Of a DNA stretch of 50,947 bases, positions 37,263 to 47,145 are shown in pieces (the stretch's first letter is position 1; each line of letters opens with the position of its first letter). The notes under the pieces are model-generated. The model made no database searches. It was not told the origin of the DNA and saw only the letters and a program-made list of their open reading frames with translations. The translations under genes and the position numbers were made by a program. The stretch is from Bacteroidota bacterium (GTDB lineage: Bacteria; Bacteroidota; Bacteroidia; NS11-12g; UBA955). The stretch is taken from assembly GCA_046301955.1 (NCBI GenBank), contig JBKCJE010000055.1, forward strand, positions 1 through 50,947, given 5' to 3'.

Positions 37263-39506
37263 ATGCATATTCCTAAGAGATTTATTCCATTATTGGTGGG
37301 ATTTGCTGTGGTTTCATCCGTAACAGCCCAAAACAAATATCACATCGCTGAAATCAAAACCAATGCCTCTGGCAAGATGGGTGTGAATCCCCGTTTCTTG
37401 AATGTGGAGCGCGATGATTTGGCGGAAGGACAGGGTTGGAAGGCCTTGGCTTGGGATACAGCAACCCGTGGCTATACGTTGGAGGAGGCACTGCCGTTCG
37501 CATTCGCTTTTAATGGAGCGGGAAATGTTAAGGTAGATGGGAAATTCCGTGCGACAAAAAACGGGACCATTACCTTTGAGGATTTTAAAGCGGGTTCAAT
37601 TGTGCCACCCGCCGCTGATTTCGTTATTAACAGCCTGCCAGATCCCCGTGTTGCCAACAATTCGGTGGTTGTGGGTGGAATCATCGCCAGCGGATCCAAC
37701 GACCGCGTATTGGTGAAAACATTTGGTACTGCGCCGAAACGACAGTTTTGGGTAAAATTCCAGTCGTTTACATTGGGAACAGATACCGCGAATAAATACG
37801 GAAGTTTTTCTTACAATGCCATTGTGTTAGAAGAGGGTAGCAATGCCATTCATGTTGTTCGGATGGGTTGGGGTTCGGAGTATGCTTGGTATGCCAACAA
37901 CCTTCCCTTAAAGAATGAGCAAGCCAATGGAGTACAGATCGGTCCGTTTGAGTCCTATCCGCTTTCGGGGGTAAGTGCTTTGTTGGATGTAGTTGCCAAA
38001 CAGGGCAAGTCGTTCGAGGACAACTCTTTTGTGTCGTTTTATACCGGTGCAGTAAAATTGAATGATGCCTCTTTTTCATCAGGATTTACCAATAGGCCTG
38101 CTGGAACCGCTTACGTGAAAAGTGGTAACAATGTGCCATTGGAAATTACCGGGGTGTTTACCATGCACGGAAGTGCACAGAATACCGATTACAATTTGAA
38201 TACACAGGTGAACAATGAAGCGGTGGTTTCAACGCCGTTGTCGTTTGTGAACTTTACGGATTATCGCAGTGCCCAAATTTCGCATTCGATTCTTCGCAAT
38301 ATGCAGCCTGGCGATCGTGCCAAAGTGAGAGCATGGATATCCACCAATGGTGGTGGCGCCGACGATCGTGTATCAAACGATACGTTGCCTTTGGTGTTTG
38401 ATTTTGTGGCCCAACAGGGTGGCGGTAATGCCATGAATAAGGCTTTGGTGGAATCCTACACCGCAACTTGGTGCAATCAATGTCCTGCCGTGAATGTGGC
38501 GATGGATTCATTGGCAACACAATTGTCTGGCGCTGCAAATTTTGTATCGCATCATATTAACGATAACATGCACAACAAATGGGCGCCATTGGTGATCGAT
38601 TCTATGCCTGTTGTCGTGGTCAACCGTGAGCAAATTGTTGGCAGTGCATCAGTCATTAAACAAGCGGTGGAATCTGCGGTGGCTGCGGCTTCCAAGGGAG
38701 TCGAATTGAAAATTACCAATTTGATTTACAATCCAAGTACGCGCAAGGTTACGGGTAATTTGGAGATGACGGCTCAAGATGTTTGGGTGAAATCCGGATT
38801 GCGTTTTGGTGTGATGTTGCGCGAACAAGGGGTTCGCGGATTGGGTGCAGGATGGGATCAGAAGGTTGATTTCGCACTAACCAAAGACAGTCAGAGCATT
38901 TTCTTTGGCAAGAATAAGACCTTGGTAGGATATCACCACAATCGCGTGGTTTGGGCTACAGACGGTGGTAAATACGGTGCCACAATTACTGCGGCCAACG
39001 ATATCATGAAGTCGGGTGATAAACACAGTTATTCATTCTCGTTAACCATTCCTGATACGATGTTGTCGTTGGGTATGCCTTCTGCAGCCGATTTCGGTCC
39101 TACTGGCGCGATTTTCTCTCGTTTCAAACCCGCTGATTTATCGGTTGTTGGTTTCGTTGGTAGTGATTTTGGAGCGGGAATTAGCGAAAATGTTCATTTG
39201 GGTGCTTACCAGGCCCCTATTTTGGCTTCGGTTTCTCAGCCTTTGTGGGATATGAAGAATGGAATCGCTCAGTGGAGCGAAAAGCAATCGTTGAATTTGT
39301 ATCCAAATCCAGCCACTGGATGGGTTTCTTTGGGTATCGATGGGAAAATCACTGAAATCATTGTACTAGATATTTCAGGTAGATTGGTTCAGGGTTTGTC
39401 GCTCAGCGAGAATCGTTTGGATTTGCAGGGTGTGAATCCAGGATTGTATTTTGTTCGTGTGAAGACCGAGAAGGGTAGTGGTACTGCTCGTTTGTTGGTG
39501 GATTAA
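37263..39506 (+). CDS. T9SS-secreted protein with an Omp28-like/thioredoxin CxxC domain
   Basis: Signal peptide, VESYTATWCNQCP, YHHNRV, CTD LYPNPA...GLYFVRV. Confidence 0.8.
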   Translation: MHIPKRFIPLLVGFAVVSSVTAQNKYHIAEIKTNASGKMGVNPRFLNVERDDLAEGQGWKALAWDTATRGYTLEEALPFAFAFNGAGNVKVDGKFRATKNGTITFEDFKAGSIVPPAADFVINSLPDPRVANNSVVVGGIIASGSNDRVLVKTFGTAPKRQFWVKFQSFTLGTDTANKYGSFSYNAIVLEEGSNAIHVVRMGWGSEYAWYANNLPLKNEQANGVQIGPFESYPLSGVSALLDVVAKQGKSFEDNSFVSFYTGAVKLNDASFSSGFTNRPAGTAYVKSGNNVPLEITGVFTMHGSAQNTDYNLNTQVNNEAVVSTPLSFVNFTDYRSAQISHSILRNMQPGDRAKVRAWISTNGGGADDRVSNDTLPLVFDFVAQQGGGNAMNKALVESYTATWCNQCPAVNVAMDSLATQLSGAANFVSHHINDNMHNKWAPLVIDSMPVVVVNREQIVGSASVIKQAVESAVAAASKGVELKITNLIYNPSTRKVTGNLEMTAQDVWVKSGLRFGVMLREQGVRGLGAGWDQKVDFALTKDSQSIFFGKNKTLVGYHHNRVVWATDGGKYGATITAANDIMKSGDKHSYSFSLTIPDTMLSLGMPSAADFGPTGAIFSRFKPADLSVVGFVGSDFGAGISENVHLGAYQAPILASVSQPLWDMKNGIAQWSEKQSLNLYPNPATGWVSLGIDGKITEIIVLDISGRLVQGLSLSENRLDLQGVNPGLYFVRVKTEKGSGTARLLVD

Positions 39507-39634
39507 TTTGACTACGTCTTTTCATTTAGATTTTGGGGATTTGCAATCTCTGTGGAGGATTTTGCCCGAGAGATTATTCCATTCAATCAATCGTTCAGTT
39601 GTTGGGGCGAATTTATTGTCGCGGAAGTTGGAAC

Positions 39635-39666
39635 AAAAAGAAGGGCCAGCGCTTTCGCGCTGGCCC
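39635..39666 (-). terminator. Intrinsic terminator of the large surface-protein gene
   Basis: GGGCCAGCGC-GAAA-GCGCTGGCCC followed by TTCTTTTT on the minus strand. Confidence 0.85.
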
Positions 39667-39702
39667 CTGAACCAAAAACCATATACTGTGAAAATATGGA
39701 TT

Positions 39703-42700
39703 TTATTTCTGTACTGTAATCTTTTTAGTTACTTGCTTGTCTCCTGACGTTACTTGTACCAAGTATACGCCGTTGCTCAAACCGTCAGTATTCAATACCA
39801 TCACACCTTCGTTGGCTACTGTTCTTGTGCTTACCATTTTGCCTTCAATGCTTATCACGTTTACAGTGATGTTCGCACCGAAAGTTTCTGTGGTAGCCAC
39901 TTTGATGTCGCCAGCCGTTGGGTTAGGGTAAACTGCTACACCCACAGATTGCAGATCTTTCACCGCAGCGCGGTTCATCACAATCTTTTTGGTCTTAGAG
40001 CATTCGCAACCGGTCTGACGTACAACGGCTTTCATGGTAACGGTGTATTCACCATCACTCTGCAAGTCGTAGTTTACAGCAGCGTTCACATCCTTCGACT
40101 TCATGGTTCCACCACCGGCGAATACCCATGTGTAGTCTACGTTGTTCTGACCGCCAGCAACACCATTGGAGTTTACAGGTTCAACCTTTACACCATGGAA
40201 GCTAAATCCATAGTCAGGAGTGGCCTGGAAGTCGCAAGTACGTGGAGATTCGTTGATTGTCACACGCTGTGTGATTGAATCGGCACATCCGCCAGCGATA
40301 TAAGCATACAATGTTACGTTGTAGCTGGTGGTTTGGATGATGTTGTACAACTTAGAAGGATCGCTGTTGTTAGAGTAGGTGTTGTCACCAAAATCCCAGT
40401 TGTAGCTGATATCGCCTTGGGGCCATGAAGTGTTGTTTACGAATACCACTTGGTCGCCCGCGCACACATCAGAGGCACTGAAGTTTGCTTTTGGCTGGGT
40501 CAATACACTTAAGTCTTTGGTGGTTACATCCGAACAACCATTATCCAAAGTTACCGACAATGTCACTGTCTTTGGACCCAAGTTGGTCCAGTTCTTTGAG
40601 GGAGATTTGGTCTTGCTGGTAGTGCCATCGCCGAAGTTCCATGTGTAGTTTGCGACTGCACCCGCTACATCCGCGGTGGTGTTGGTAAACTCAGTAGGCG
40701 TCAATGAACAAGCCGCTGTGTTGGTGAAGCCTGCCTTGGGCGATTCACGCACTTCAACCACTTTTACCATTGAATCCTTACAGCCGAATTCTGACAAAGC
40801 CACCAATTTTACGTTCTTCTTGCCAGGTTTTGAGAAGTTGTATGTAGGGGCTTCGTCGGTGCTTACACTACCGTTATCATCGAAGTTCCAGAAGCTACCC
40901 ACAAGTCCACTTCCAATGGTGGTTTGGTTGGTGAATGCATATACATCGTTGTCGCACACACCGCTCTTTTGGGTAAATTTGGCTACAGGCTTCTCGAATT
41001 GATACACCTTTTGGGTCAGTTTGGCCACACAACCATTCAAGTCCGCACTCAAGGTTACATTGTAAGTACCGGCTTTGTTGTATTTGTATTTGGCATCGGT
41101 GGTTGTTGCAGTTGCACCATTGCCGAAGTCCCAAGCCATTTTCGCGGTTAGAGGGTTGGTTTTGTTGGTGAAGATCAAGTCTTGACCCAAACAAGCATTG
41201 GCTTTGTCGAAGGCTACAGTTGGAATTGCATTCACCTCAATTTCATATGTTTTGGTGAATACGAAACCGTAGGGGAGGGTTTTTCCGGTCAAAGTTACTT
41301 TGAATTTGCCTGAACTTGGGAATTGGAATACTGGCTCAGGTGCGTTTGAAGTATCAGCAGCGTTTCCTGTTCCAAAGTTCCAGAAGAATTCCATCGCACC
41401 AGAAAGAACTGTTGAAGTATTGGTGAACAAAACCTCGTCGCCGTTACAAATTTTTGTTGGATAGGTAAAGTCAGGGTTGATTGAAGGGTAAATCAATACA
41501 CGACGTCTGATAAAAGTATCACAACCATTGTTGTTGTCAGTTACTTTCAACACAACACTGATCAAACTGTCTTCCAATCCGGCATCCGCAGTTTTGAATT
41601 GAACCTCTAAATTGGTAGAACCACTTGGAGGGGTTAATGTGGCACCAGAAACAGCACGACCTGAAGCGGTGTATGCTTGAACGGTTGCATACCAATCGCT
41701 TGGAGAAGAAGTTCCATAAGTACTGTTGCTGTATACACGGGGTGCGCGAACATCGTAAATCACGGGCTGATTGATCACGGTGATGTCGTTTGGTTTCCCG
41801 CGCTGATAAATTGCTGTGTTTGGCGTAGTGGTCTTCGTAGAGAATTCATAGAATCCACCACCGGGTGCAGGCTTAACAAGTGTATTGAAAGAGAAGGTGT
41901 CGTTCTTGGTGTTGTCATCTGGGATATCCAAATAAATCTTCACAGAAGTCTGACCGGCTACTTCTAATACTACGGGTGTTTTAAACTTGTATTGCAGTGA
42001 ATCACCGGGTAAAATACGCTGGGTAACCAACTCGCGGGTTGCCTTGCCGTTGATGCTGAAAGCAACAAAGAAGTTGTAAATGGTATCAACAAAAGTATTT
42101 TTAATGGTGATGTCGGCCATTGACTCGTGTCCAGCGCATACGCTACTAGCCAAAGAGTAAGATGTTTTTGTGGCCGCGATGTCCATATAGTTTTCCAAAG
42201 CTCCGCGATCACTTCTGCCCAAGTTTCGGGTATTATTCTTCAAATCTTGTGTGATGGTTGCGCTTGTGGGTTTGTTGTTTTGGGTTTCGAATGCGTTAGA
42301 ACGCATATCAAGTTTGGCAAAATCAACCCATTGTGGATCGGTGTAGTTGTCAGATGACCCAACTTTAACATCGCCCTTGTAACCGTTGTAATTGTTATAG
42401 TTTGATGTTCCAACACGCCACAATTGAGTCGCACCTGTTGCATTAACCAACCAGGAGTTAAAGTTTACAGACTGAATGTTATTCGCAGAATTTGAATTCA
42501 AATAACCAGGGTAGATGTAGTAGTTCGATGTTGCATCCAGTATATTTCCTTCAAAAGTGAAACGAGAATTCATTTCTTGGAACAAATAACCATAGCAGAA
42601 GTGATACAGATAACTTGAGTGTCGGGTGTGGATGGTGTTTTCACGAATATCCGCTGTCCAACCAGAGTTGAAATTGTAGGAGTAGATGTTATAGTTCGAG

Positions 42701-44199
42701 AAATATCCATAGTTGTTGGCAATCAAGTTGTTGTTGAAAGTCAAGTTGTTTGGGTAGTAAATCAACCAACCATACCAAAGTCCTGTAGTGCTACCACCAC
42801 GGTTGTTGGTAAAGCTGTTGCGTGATGCGCGCATTGAACCCATGAAATACAGATAGGTTGTATACATGTTTCCAGATGCAGAGTTACTGTCAACGCGGTT
42901 ATCTTCCCACACATTTAAGCTACGAACAGAGTTGTAATTGTACCAGTTGTAGAAAAGGTAGGCGGTACCGCTTGTTCCTACAGTGTGAAAACTATTGTTT
43001 GTAATTCGGTTGTTAATGATGTTATTGTCATAACAGTAGTACATCCAGTGCATGTAGTTGGTGGAGGTAGTATACGTTTGATTTTTGTCAATTACGTTGT
43101 TTTGAAAGTTTATGCAGTAAGCATAATACAAATAGGCATGGTAGAACTGCGAGTAGGCCACAATGTTGCGGGTTGTGTTACCATCAAATGTGTATGGGTT
43201 TGTTGCACTTCCGTAATTGTACCAACCGAACAATGTGTAGTAGGTGTTGATGTAGTTCGAAGTTGAACTCGCCGAAGCACCCGAGTATGGCATGTCGTGG
43301 AAGTTGTTCCCTTTGTACGATGTAGAGCGGTTGGTTCCGTATGTGTAGTAGGTCCAGATGCCATACAAAGTGGTGTTGCAAGGGCTGCTGCTGCTTGCAC
43401 CCAAACGACTGATATCGTTGTTGATGAACTGTTCCCCGTTGGTGTAGCGGTTGTAAATCGCGTAGAAGAAGAAGTTCCGGATGGTGTTGCCCTCAAACGT
43501 ATTGTTGTTCGCAGTGCTCGTGTAAAACGATACACTTTGTTGGTCGATAATACCGAAAGTTGGACCAGGAGCGTTGCTGTTGGTGGTCCTCATGGTACAG
43601 TTTCTGATGGTGTTAAACGATCCATTTTGTCCCGTTGTGGTAGAGGTTAAACTTGTTGCTGATGAAGCAAATGCGATGTAGGCACCTCCGGCAGTTGAAG
43701 AGGAAGTTTGTGCCGTGAACTCAATGGTGAGACCGTTCAATGTGTTGTAGTCCGATGCATTGCTAAAACGAATCCCTGTTTGTGCAGTACCTGTACCTGT
43801 TTTTTGAATGGTCAAATTGGTCATGGTGATGTAGTCGGCACCGTTGAAGTTGATAGCCTCGTTGGTGGAAGACGACGATAAGCGCTTGCCATTTCCATCG
43901 ATGGTGATGGTGTTGGTTGAGGAGGTTCCTGTAATGGCATTAAACGTTACCACGCTGGCGGTGGTTTCGTCTGTCATCACGGTTACACGAACTGGGCCAT
44001 TTACTCCACTTGTGCCAATGGCAGAGGCGAAGGCCGACCAAGAAGCATAGTTTGAGCCACTCGTGGTTTTTGTTGCGTCGATGGTGTAGTTACCGCTCAA
44101 TTGGGCTTGAACGAAACCTGCCATGCAACTCAACATGAACAACAAGCCAAATTTGGAAAATCGGCTGTTGCGAACAATTGGTTTGTAGTGTGTTATCAT
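39703..44199 (-). CDS. Large T9SS-secreted surface protein: parallel beta-helix, multiple PKD domains, CTD (about 1498 aa)
   Basis: Signal ending VQA-Q then LSGNYTID, beta-helix repeats (ITIDGNG, FEGNTIRN, NNLIANN), five W[DN]F[GD] PKD motifs, VYPNPT...NGVYLVQV; start refined to ATG 44199. Confidence 0.88.
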   Translation of the reverse strand: MITHYKPIVRNSRFSKFGLLFMLSCMAGFVQAQLSGNYTIDATKTTSGSNYASWSAFASAIGTSGVNGPVRVTVMTDETTASVVTFNAITGTSSTNTITIDGNGKRLSSSSTNEAINFNGADYITMTNLTIQKTGTGTAQTGIRFSNASDYNTLNGLTIEFTAQTSSSTAGGAYIAFASSATSLTSTTTGQNGSFNTIRNCTMRTTNSNAPGPTFGIIDQQSVSFYTSTANNNTFEGNTIRNFFFYAIYNRYTNGEQFINNDISRLGASSSSPCNTTLYGIWTYYTYGTNRSTSYKGNNFHDMPYSGASASSTSNYINTYYTLFGWYNYGSATNPYTFDGNTTRNIVAYSQFYHAYLYYAYCINFQNNVIDKNQTYTTSTNYMHWMYYCYDNNIINNRITNNSFHTVGTSGTAYLFYNWYNYNSVRSLNVWEDNRVDSNSASGNMYTTYLYFMGSMRASRNSFTNNRGGSTTGLWYGWLIYYPNNLTFNNNLIANNYGYFSNYNIYSYNFNSGWTADIRENTIHTRHSSYLYHFCYGYLFQEMNSRFTFEGNILDATSNYYIYPGYLNSNSANNIQSVNFNSWLVNATGATQLWRVGTSNYNNYNGYKGDVKVGSSDNYTDPQWVDFAKLDMRSNAFETQNNKPTSATITQDLKNNTRNLGRSDRGALENYMDIAATKTSYSLASSVCAGHESMADITIKNTFVDTIYNFFVAFSINGKATRELVTQRILPGDSLQYKFKTPVVLEVAGQTSVKIYLDIPDDNTKNDTFSFNTLVKPAPGGGFYEFSTKTTTPNTAIYQRGKPNDITVINQPVIYDVRAPRVYSNSTYGTSSPSDWYATVQAYTASGRAVSGATLTPPSGSTNLEVQFKTADAGLEDSLISVVLKVTDNNNGCDTFIRRRVLIYPSINPDFTYPTKICNGDEVLFTNTSTVLSGAMEFFWNFGTGNAADTSNAPEPVFQFPSSGKFKVTLTGKTLPYGFVFTKTYEIEVNAIPTVAFDKANACLGQDLIFTNKTNPLTAKMAWDFGNGATATTTDAKYKYNKAGTYNVTLSADLNGCVAKLTQKVYQFEKPVAKFTQKSGVCDNDVYAFTNQTTIGSGLVGSFWNFDDNGSVSTDEAPTYNFSKPGKKNVKLVALSEFGCKDSMVKVVEVRESPKAGFTNTAACSLTPTEFTNTTADVAGAVANYTWNFGDGTTSKTKSPSKNWTNLGPKTVTLSVTLDNGCSDVTTKDLSVLTQPKANFSASDVCAGDQVVFVNNTSWPQGDISYNWDFGDNTYSNNSDPSKLYNIIQTTSYNVTLYAYIAGGCADSITQRVTINESPRTCDFQATPDYGFSFHGVKVEPVNSNGVAGGQNNVDYTWVFAGGGTMKSKDVNAAVNYDLQSDGEYTVTMKAVVRQTGCECSKTKKIVMNRAAVKDLQSVGVAVYPNPTAGDIKVATTETFGANITVNVISIEGKMVSTRTVANEGVMVLNTDGLSNGVYLVQVTSGDKQVTKKITVQK

Positions 44200-44249
44200 A
44201 TGTGTTAGTATTGGTTCTATTGGAATGCAGTTTGAAAACCGCATCTCAA

Positions 44250-44257
44250 CAAAAGTA
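44250..44257 (-). promoter_or_regulatory. -7 element TACTTTTG for the large surface protein
   Basis: Exact consensus in an AT-rich intergenic region. Confidence 0.6.
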
Positions 44258-44431
44258 TCGTATACACATTTGTCGGAGTAGTGTCATTGAAAAAGACCAT
44301 TAGGTTATGGAAATTCACCATAGCACTACTAAAAAATATAATTACAAGTGGATAGTACTGAAATAATTGAGCGTTTGACCCAATGATGTTGAGAATGCGA
44401 ATGAAAGAGAAAAATCCCCTCCCAAAAGGGG

Positions 44432-46483
44432 TTAATCGATCAGTCTACAACTGTCGAGCGCAATCTCAAGTGCCTGATCAATTGTGTTCACGGGTGGCAT
44501 GCAATGCTGTCCGCTGCAAATCACGATGTGTTTGGGCGATGCAGTTTCTGCAAATTCCACCAAAGCCCAGGAGGGAAGGTGTTTCATGAGCGATAATACT
44601 TCGGCATCATTCCAGGAGTCACTTGAGCCCGCGTAAAATGTAACATGGCATCCACCAAGCGTTTGGGCTTGTGCGAGTTTGCACCAGTGGAAATACCAAC
44701 CCGGACTGTTGGTCATCGTTTTGGAAACTTGGGCGATGAGGGTGTAGGACAATTCGGTGAATGTTGTATTGTGATGATACTGTCCCAGTTGATACAATGC
44801 TGTTGCTAAAGATGCATTGGGGGAAGGTGTTACATCGTCGTTTAAGTCGCTCTTTCGGTAGAAAAGCTGTTCTCCATTGTTGGGCGTGAATGCCAGTTGT
44901 TGGGTGTTGTTGTCATAGAAGAGTTCAATGGCGCGATTCAACAGGATTTCGGCTTTGGTTAGGTATTCTTTGTTTCGGCTGATGCGATATAGGGCGATGA
45001 GCGCTTCGCAGAAGTAGGCATAGTCTTCCAAGAACCCGGTGATGCGCGTATTTCCATTTCGGTGTATGCGTTGGAGGTTTTGGCCGTCCCAGAATGTGTC
45101 CCAGGCCCAATCGGCCGCCGCGGCGGCCGATTGGGCCTGATTCGCGCTTTGCAGATAAAAGCCGGCGTCCGCCATGGCTTTTATCTGCAAAGCGTTCCAA
45201 CTACAAATTGCCTTGTCGTCAAACCCCGGCCTGATCCGCGTGTCCTGATAACGCCTCAACGATTCTTTGATTCGCGATAACCCCGATAAATAGTCGCTGG
45301 CCGACATCCCCATTGCTTCCATCACCTGCAAAGGCGCCATCGGTTGATGCAAAATGTTGTATCCATGCTCCCAATTGCCCTCCAACTTCAATCCAAACTG
45401 CACCGTAGCCAAGGCCATATCTTCCTCCGATAGCAACGTCTCCAACTCGTGCTGCGTAAAGACATAGAATTTGCCCTCCATCCCCTCGCTATCCGCATCC
45501 AACGCACTACCAAATCCCGGTGTACCATCGCCCAAACTCAACTCTCGTTCGCAAAAACGCAAACACTCCTCCGCAATCGTCTTGTATAACGGCGCGTCTG
45601 ACCAAGCAAACGCACGGGCATACAGTGATATCAACTGCGCATTGTCGTACAGCATCTTCTCAAAATGCGGCGCAAACCACAACGCATCGGTGCTATACCG
45701 ACAGAATCCGCCGCGCAACACATCGTAAATACCGCCGTGGCTCATCTTCAACAAACTCAAGTGCAAATAGTCTTTGGCCGCTTCTCCCTCGGTGAGTAAA
45801 TGGTGGTCTAGGATAAATTCGTACTGACCCGGCAACGGAAACTTGGGTGCCCGATTGGGTCCGCCTTCCTGCCAGTCTAACTGATCAGCCAATGTGTCAA
45901 ACATACCCAGCAAATCCTGTCTGCTCACGCGATCCCCGGCTTGCCATTGGTTGATCTGCTGTATTTTTTCCTGAATGCGTTGGGCATATTCAACGGCCTT
46001 TTCGGGTTCTGTCTTGTATACATCGGCCAACTGCAATATTACCTGCTGCCATTGTGCCTTGGGAAAGTAGGTTCCGGCGTAAATGGGCTGCATATTCGGC
46101 AAGCAAATCACGTTTAAGGGCCATCCGCCCCTGCCTGTCATGATCTGACAAGCATCCATGTAAATCATGTCGATATCAGGTCGTTCCTCGCGATCCACCT
46201 TGATGCTCACCAAATGCAAATTCATGATTTCAGCGGTTTCAAAGTCCTCAAAACTCTCGTGTTCCATCACATGACACCAATGACACGTGCTGTAGCCAAT
46301 GCTCACCAATACCAATTTGTTCTCCGCCTTAGCTTGTGACCAAGCCGCATCGCCCCATTCTTGCCAATCCACAGGGTTGTGGGCGTGTTGCAACAAATAC
46401 GGACTGTTCGCCTGGATCAGTCGGTTGGGTTCGTTTGATCCTTGTTGAGAAGCGTTTGGGTTTTGGGTGTTTGGGTGCGACAT
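44432..46483 (-). CDS. YyaL/SSP411-like thioredoxin-domain protein (DUF255)
   Basis: NRL...[52 protein letters not shown]. Confidence 0.94.
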   Translation of the reverse strand: MSHPNTQNPNASQQGSNEPNRLIQANSPYLLQHAHNPVDWQEWGDAAWSQAKAENKLVLVSIGYSTCHWCHVMEHESFEDFETAEIMNLHLVSIKVDREERPDIDMIYMDACQIMTGRGGWPLNVICLPNMQPIYAGTYFPKAQWQQVILQLADVYKTEPEKAVEYAQRIQEKIQQINQWQAGDRVSRQDLLGMFDTLADQLDWQEGGPNRAPKFPLPGQYEFILDHHLLTEGEAAKDYLHLSLLKMSHGGIYDVLRGGFCRYSTDALWFAPHFEKMLYDNAQLISLYARAFAWSDAPLYKTIAEECLRFCERELSLGDGTPGFGSALDADSEGMEGKFYVFTQHELETLLSEEDMALATVQFGLKLEGNWEHGYNILHQPMAPLQVMEAMGMSASDYLSGLSRIKESLRRYQDTRIRPGFDDKAICSWNALQIKAMADAGFYLQSANQAQSAAAAADWAWDTFWDGQNLQRIHRNGNTRITGFLEDYAYFCEALIALYRISRNKEYLTKAEILLNRAIELFYDNNTQQLAFTPNNGEQLFYRKSDLNDDVTPSPNASLATALYQLGQYHHNTTFTELSYTLIAQVSKTMTNSPGWYFHWCKLAQAQTLGGCHVTFYAGSSDSWNDAEVLSLMKHLPSWALVEFAETASPKHIVICSGQHCMPPVNTIDQALEIALDSCRLID
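45102..45139. repeat. Perfect 38-bp GC-rich palindrome inside a CDS
   Basis: CAGGCCCAATCGGCCGCCG|CGGCGGCCGATTGGGCCTG. Confidence 0.95.
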
Positions 46484-46500
46484 TTTTTGGCGGGTTGATG

Positions 46501-46508
46501 TACTTTTG
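46501..46508 (+). promoter_or_regulatory. -7 element TACTTTTG
   Basis: Exact consensus 7 nt before ATG 46516. Confidence 0.55.
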
Positions 46509-46515
46509 CCTTAGC

Positions 46516-47145
46516 ATGAAGGTGAAGCAGCACAAAGGTCGTATCGGGATTTGGTTTATCCTTCTTTTTTTCTGTGCGATGTGTTTTCCTTCTTCTTTAA
46601 TGGGCGCAGCGATCGGCCATTTTGGAATCGCCAACCTCCATATCGATACTGCAAGGCGCGACACAGCAGTGCTGAATAATTCCCAAGCCCAAGCTTCGTC
46701 TGCCCAAAGGGATAACGACACCGCTGTTTTCTTTTTTTCGAGCAAGGAACAAGCCTTGGATACACTGATTGCATGGCTGCTAATGAAAAAACCCAGCATG
46801 AATGTGGGATACGTGACAAAGACTGAATTTATCAAGCAATGGCGTTCACATGACACCACAACCCTCAAACAGGTGGTGGAAGGTACCTGGCTAACGTATC
46901 AATTCAAATTCAAGAAGTCGCTGCTGAAAACCCAAATCAAAATGAAGCAGAGTAAGGTGAATTTCAAAATGGTGGAAGTGGTACCGAGACCAAGAGTTAC
47001 AGTGAGTTCCGCGGGGGATGGGATTACCAAGTACGACTACACCGTCAAGTATAAAAAGCTCAAATACGTGTTGAGTTTTCAGTTGTGGTGGATTGATGGA
47101 CAGGCTTTTTGGGTCAACGATGTTTCCTGGATGATGGGTGTTTAG
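46516..47145 (+). CDS. Hypothetical exported or membrane-anchored protein
   Basis: Fills the gap between yyaL and the nuclease; basic N-terminus plus hydrophobic segment; start refined from 46336. Confidence 0.6.
   Translation: MKVKQHKGRIGIWFILLFFCAMCFPSSLMGAAIGHFGIANLHIDTARRDTAVLNNSQAQASSAQRDNDTAVFFFSSKEQALDTLIAWLLMKKPSMNVGYVTKTEFIKQWRSHDTTTLKQVVEGTWLTYQFKFKKSLLKTQIKMKQSKVNFKMVEVVPRPRVTVSSAGDGITKYDYTVKYKKLKYVLSFQLWWIDGQAFWVNDVSWMMGV

Noticed and set aside
17478-39719. Programmed or context-dependent TAA readthrough, since the folE and wzx stops both sit in ATTAATT
   Set aside because: The same context occurs at natural ends: GTGGATTAATTTG is identical at the T9SS protein stop (39504-39506), and the leucine dehydrogenase stop (28288-28290) is also ATTAATT. 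Their extensions run through terminators. TAA ends many genes here and no suppressor tRNA is present.
40200-41500. Repeated motifs in the large surface gene as a CRISPR or DGR-like array
   Set aside because: They are divergent protein-level PKD repeats; no nucleotide direct repeats, cas genes or reverse transcriptase were seen.
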